Below are positions 59,680 through 64,000 of a DNA stretch of 64,000 nt, piece after piece (within the stretch, counting starts at the first letter, position 1; every line of letters starts with the position of its first letter). Source of the stretch: an uncultured Methanosarcinales archaeon (lineage in GTDB: Archaea; Nanobdellota; Nanobdellia; Woesearchaeales; JACPBV01). The stretch spans positions 1 through 64,000 of the forward strand of contig CAZBLF010000002.1 of the NCBI GenBank assembly GCA_964492935.1. The letters run 5' to 3'. The notes beneath the pieces were generated by a model. The model saw only the letters and a program-made list of their open reading frames with translations, ran no database searches and was not told the DNA's origin. The position numbers were made by a program, and so were the translations under genes.

Positions 59680-62185
59680 GAGGAAGTTTAAGACGTTCGC
59701 GAAAGCCCAGAAATGCGCGATAATGCCAATCCATAATCGCGAGAACGTGTTAGTTTCATCTCCAACCGGATCCGGCAAAACGTTAACAGCATTCATGGCC
59801 ATTCTCAACGAATTAGTAGACTCCTCGGAAAAGAACATTCTTGAGGATAGAGTTTATGCTGTTTACATAAGTCCGCTTAAGGCACTTTCTTCAGACATCC
59901 ACCACAATCTCATCGAACCCCTAGAAGAGATGGAAAAATCCGCAAAGAAAGAGCTCAATATCAGAGTTGGTGTACGAACCGGCGACACCACCCCCTACCA
60001 ACGATCAAAGATGCTCAAGAACCCGCCCCACATTCTCATCACAACGCCAGAATCCCTAGCTATCTTAATCTGCTCCCCAAAATTCCAGGAACATCTCAAA
60101 AAAGTAGAGTGGTTTATCTTAGATGAAGCCCACGCCATCGCAGAAAACAAGCGAGGAGTCCACGCATCTATCGTCATGGAACAACTCTCCCAACTCTCTC
60201 CCCACATGTGTCGCATCGGATTATCCGCAACCATCTCACCACTCGAAAAGATAGCACATTTCCTTGTCGGTAACGATAAGGGTAAACCAAGACCTTGCAA
60301 ATTAGTAGATGTGCAATACCTCAAAGAAATCGACCTCAAAGTCATGTCACCCGTCAAAGATCTCATTGGCGTCGAGCACACCTTAATGCACAACTCCATG
60401 TACAAGTTAATTAACAAATTAGTACAAGACCACAAGACAACCCTAATCTTCACCAACACCCGAGCTGCAACCGAACGGGTAGTCCACAACCTCAAAGATA
60501 AATATCCGAAAAACTACGACGAAAACATAGGAGCACATCACGGTTCTCTAAGTAAAGAACTCAGATTAGATATCGAAGAAAGATTACGAGCAGGAAAAGT
60601 AAAGGTAGTTGTTTGTTCAACCTCTTTAGAATTAGGAATCGACATCGGTTCTATTGACTTAGTTATCTGCCTAGGCTCTCCAAAATCAGTTGCGCGAGCA
60701 TTACAACGAGTAGGACGATCCGGTCACCGACTAACAGCAAAAACCAAGGGAAGAATAATTGTACTAAACCGAGACGACCTCATCGAATGTTCCGTCTTAG
60801 TAAAAGATGCAATCGAAAAGAAGATCGACCGCATCCACATCCCGAATAACTGTCTCGACGTCCTAGCCCAGCAAATCTACGCAATAGCCATCCAGGATAA
60901 AATCCAAGTAAATGACCTTTTCAACATGATTACGAGATCATACTGCTACCGAGATCTAGACCGAAAAGACTTCCAGGACGTTATAGATTACTTAGCAGGC
61001 AAGTTCGTCTCCTTAGAAGACCGCTACATCTACGCCAAGATCTGGTACGACGAAGACACCGGCATGATTGGTAGAAAGGGAAAGATGGCAAGAGTCATCT
61101 ACATGACCAACATCGGAACCATCCCAGAATCAATTGCTGTACGCGTTAAAATCGGCGATCAACCCGTAGGTACCATTGAAGAAGCCTTTCTAGAAAAGCT
61201 CAGACCAGGAGACGTCTTCCTATTAGGTGGAAACACCTACCAGTTCAAGTTTGCGCGCGGGATGGTCGCCCAAGTCTCTGCGTCCGTCAACCGACCACCC
61301 AATGTTCCGGCATGGTTCTCCGAAATGTTGCCATTAAGCTATGATCTAGCAAGCGACATCGGCAAGTTCAGAAGACTTATTAGCCAACAATTCGATGCAA
61401 ATAAGAAAAAGCCAGAAATTCTAGAATGGATTCACGAGTATCTCTATGTAGATCAAAAAGCGGCTGAATCAATTTACAGTTACTTCGACGAACAACACAA
61501 GTTCGCAAAAATCCCCTCAGATTCCAGAATCATTGTCGAACACTACATCGATGGAACCGGAAAACGATTTTCCGTCTTCCATTCCCTCTTTGGTCGCAGG
61601 GTAAACGACTGCCTATCAAGAGCAGTAGCCTTCGCCATCGGCAGAACCCAACACAAAGACGTAGAGATCGGCATCAGCGACAACGGCTTCTATATCATCG
61701 CTCCCGGAAAAGTAAATGTGCTGAAAGCCTTTAAACTCCTAAAAAGCAAAGACCTCAGAAAAGTAATGAATATGGCCATTGACAAAACAGAAGTTCTGAA
61801 ACGAAGATTCAGACACTGCGCAGCACGTTCACTCATGATCTTAAGAAACTACAAAGGCAGAAGAAAGTACGTTGGCAGACAACAAGTAAGTTCAATGATC
61901 CTATTAAGCGCTGTAAGAAGAATCTCCCAACACTTCTCCATCCTCAAAGAAGCCAGAAGAGAAGTCCTAGAAGACTTAATGGATATCGACAATGCCCAAA
62001 TCATCGTAGAAAAAATAGAGAAGAAAGGCATCAAGATAGAGGAGTTCACAACGGAAATACCAAGCCCCTTCGCATTAAATCTAGTAACACAAGGCAAGAC
62101 CGACATCATGAAGATCGAAGACAAAACAGAATTCTTACGAAGAATGCACAATGAGATTCTGGCAAAGATTAGTTTGAAGAAGTGA
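59600..62185 (+). CDS. lhr: Lhr-family ATP-dependent helicase
   Basis: PTGSGKT, SPLKAL, RTGDT, TTPES, DEAH, LSAT, HHGSL, LELGID, QRVGRSGH. Confidence 0.93.
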   Translation: MIEPKNTYNTDEELYGLLHPIVKKWFKRKFKTFAKAQKCAIMPIHNRENVLVSSPTGSGKTLTAFMAILNELVDSSEKNILEDRVYAVYISPLKALSSDIHHNLIEPLEEMEKSAKKELNIRVGVRTGDTTPYQRSKMLKNPPHILITTPESLAILICSPKFQEHLKKVEWFILDEAHAIAENKRGVHASIVMEQLSQLSPHMCRIGLSATISPLEKIAHFLVGNDKGKPRPCKLVDVQYLKEIDLKVMSPVKDLIGVEHTLMHNSMYKLINKLVQDHKTTLIFTNTRAATERVVHNLKDKYPKNYDENIGAHHGSLSKELRLDIEERLRAGKVKVVVCSTSLELGIDIGSIDLVICLGSPKSVARALQRVGRSGHRLTAKTKGRIIVLNRDDLIECSVLVKDAIEKKIDRIHIPNNCLDVLAQQIYAIAIQDKIQVNDLFNMITRSYCYRDLDRKDFQDVIDYLAGKFVSLEDRYIYAKIWYDEDTGMIGRKGKMARVIYMTNIGTIPESIAVRVKIGDQPVGTIEEAFLEKLRPGDVFLLGGNTYQFKFARGMVAQVSASVNRPPNVPAWFSEMLPLSYDLASDIGKFRRLISQQFDANKKKPEILEWIHEYLYVDQKAAESIYSYFDEQHKFAKIPSDSRIIVEHYIDGTGKRFSVFHSLFGRRVNDCLSRAVAFAIGRTQHKDVEIGISDNGFYIIAPGKVNVLKAFKLLKSKDLRKVMNMAIDKTEVLKRRFRHCAARSLMILRNYKGRRKYVGRQQVSSMILLSAVRRISQHFSILKEARREVLEDLMDIDNAQIIVEKIEKKGIKIEEFTTEIPSPFALNLVTQGKTDIMKIEDKTEFLRRMHNEILAKISLKK

Positions 62186-62271
62186 ATCAAAGAGCTGAAG
62201 TTACATCGAAAGAGATACAATTGATAATAAATTTCCCACACAGAACTTTCGATAACTTCTTAAGAACTTAC

Positions 62272-62586
62272 TTAATTTACATCAGATGGTCGATAATCAT
62301 AAACCAGCCATAGCAAACCAACGATATGAGTAGCAGCTTCCTCTTCACGAATTTCTGTATTCCTACGAATGCAGTCGGCTATGTGACCTGTGACGCAGCG
62401 CAAATAATCCTTAAACGATTCTTCTTCAAAGCGTTCATCAATAATATCTTTATGTGACCTGCCAGTGAGTTGCGCCGTGGTGAATGCATCGCGTGTAACC
62501 GGATCGATAAGATCCTCAATATGCTGATCAACGTCAAAGCCGCGGGCCATAAAATACGCCTTTGCTTCTTCACACTTAGGGTGCAT
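62272..62586 (-). CDS. Hypothetical protein
   Basis: 104-aa ORF with upstream TATA. Confidence 0.55.
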   Translation of the reverse strand: MHPKCEEAKAYFMARGFDVDQHIEDLIDPVTRDAFTTAQLTGRSHKDIIDERFEEESFKDYLRCVTGHIADCIRRNTEIREEEAATHIVGLLWLVYDYRPSDVN

Positions 62587-62685
62587 TGCATATTTCTCAC
62601 TAACAAGTAACTCTTTATAAACGTTACTATTTTAACTACTAGATGATAGTAAAAAACTTAAATCGAAAGTAAATCCATTTCAGCC

Positions 62686-63762
62686 CTAACACTCACAATT
62701 AGCAATTACTTTCAACTTCTTCTTCCCACCAAACTTAGCTAAATAAAGTGGCAAAGAATTCAACATCTGTTCTTTATACGCATCAGAAATCGGCAAAGCA
62801 TTAATCTCCTTCTCCCAATCAACATCAACCTGCTCAGTAATATTACCAACAAACTCACGACCCGCATCCTCAATCAGCTTCTTTACCGCAATAGAACTTT
62901 CATTTCCAAACTCTTTCAAAAGTGGAAATTTAGTAATTCCATTAGCACCCGCCTTCATATACAAACCAGATTCCTCAGCACGACGCAAATTCGTGCCAGC
63001 AACAATCTCAATCTTAGGAAACTCAACTCTTACACGTGACATCCACTTCAAAAACTCATCCGTCGAAGGACCAGTAGTGTAACGTGTTCCACGAACCGGT
63101 TTCAAAGGATACATCGTAATTCTATCAAGCTCATGCTCCTTAATAAAATCAAGAAGATAATGAATATCAGAATAGCTATCACCCAAACCAACAATAACAG
63201 CTATTGACTTCCTAAACCCTTTTAATTTCTTGAACATATCAGAAAACGGTTTAATCGGCTTGCTCGGACACGTCTCATCATGGAGTTTTGGATGCAACGT
63301 CTCCATGCTCCCGCATACACCCTCAACATACGGACGAAGTTCTTCAATCTGCTCCTCTGAAAAGCCACCCAAGTTCAACCATACTTTAGAACCATACACA
63401 TCCGAAATAGCTTTAATATGCTCAACCAATTCAGGAAACGGCATAATCCCTAAACCACCAGTGATAAATTCCAATGGCCAGTCAAACGTTTTAGAAAATA
63501 AAGCCTCTAACAAAACAGAACCCATAGAACGCTTAGCTTTCTTCGGATTGCCCTGCTTATGTTTTATCACGCTTCTATAACAAAAGTCACAATCCGCAAT
63601 CGAGCAATACCAACTCAAGAAAATACACCGACCAGCGTACGCAGTTGCCGGAAAATTCTTCGAATACACAACAGAAGCTTTAGACATCAATTCTTTAGTT
63701 TCCGAACTAAGACTAACATCTTTAATTCGAACAAAATCGTCCGGATTGTATTCTTTTTGCAT
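62686..63762 (-). CDS. Radical SAM protein (BioB-like)
   Basis: CSIADCDFC motif, ITGG. Confidence 0.85.
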   Translation of the reverse strand: MQKEYNPDDFVRIKDVSLSSETKELMSKASVVYSKNFPATAYAGRCIFLSWYCSIADCDFCYRSVIKHKQGNPKKAKRSMGSVLLEALFSKTFDWPLEFITGGLGIMPFPELVEHIKAISDVYGSKVWLNLGGFSEEQIEELRPYVEGVCGSMETLHPKLHDETCPSKPIKPFSDMFKKLKGFRKSIAVIVGLGDSYSDIHYLLDFIKEHELDRITMYPLKPVRGTRYTTGPSTDEFLKWMSRVRVEFPKIEIVAGTNLRRAEESGLYMKAGANGITKFPLLKEFGNESSIAVKKLIEDAGREFVGNITEQVDVDWEKEINALPISDAYKEQMLNSLPLYLAKFGGKKKLKVIANCEC

Positions 63763-63814
63763 ACAGTCAAAAACGAGCAACACTATTTAAAAGTAGACTA
63801 TTATTTCCCACCTC

Positions 63815-64000
63815 ATGGTAGAAATTATGGCGCCAGCAGGCTCATTTGAGTCATTACACGCAGCAATCAAAGCAGGCGCAGATTCAGTCTATTTCGGCAT
63901 CAAACAATTAAACATGCGTTCTAAAGCAGCAAATAACTTCCAGTTAAAAGACCTCAAAAAAATAAGTGAGATAGCAAAGAAACACAAAATAAAAACATAC
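63815..64000 (+). CDS. U32-family protein, 5' part (runs off the window)
   Basis: MVEIMAPAGSFESLHAAIKAGADSVYFG...NMR. Confidence 0.85.
   Translation, partial: MVEIMAPAGSFESLHAAIKAGADSVYFGIKQLNMRSKAANNFQLKDLKKISEIAKKHKIKTY

Noticed and set aside
1..64000. Alternative genetic code
   Set aside because: Conserved genes are full length and end at TAA, TAG or TGA as expected for code 11.

Overview
Archaeal chromosomal segment. Markers include L15e, Rpp21, fibrillarin/Nop5, GatD, class I LysRS, Pth2, TATA-box leaderless promoters and tRNAs without encoded CCA. Gene content suggests a DPANN lineage, probably Woesearchaeota (inference). Most genes are housekeeping: hppA, pgk, rad50, grpE-dnaK-dnaJ, UvrD-like helicase, sufS, lysS, gatD, carAB, lhr. 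The main observation is in carB, whose conserved GQAAEFDYSG motif is interrupted by a 20-nt insertion (55273-55292). The insertion folds as an archaeal bulge-helix-bulge-like motif, and the standard cleavage rule restores the frame exactly, making it a candidate mRNA micro-intron. A free-standing LAGLIDADG gene overlaps the 5' end of carB. tRNA-Lys(CTT) shows the same pairing: a 22-nt BHB intron in the D-arm and a LAGLIDADG gene whose stop codon lies in the anticodon loop. Two more endonuclease-like genes overlap the 5' ends of lhr and sufS. Together these suggest a 'collaborative homing' system of free-standing endonucleases and tiny BHB introns (inference). Other points: bacterial-type genes (Tat-signal amidase, ACP-like protein, FabI, Hanks kinase), a recoded duplicate of the dnaJ 3' end around an orphan gene, a tRNA-Pro att-like scar, several palindromic operators, and a 66-bp hairpin tandem repeat across an assembly gap.
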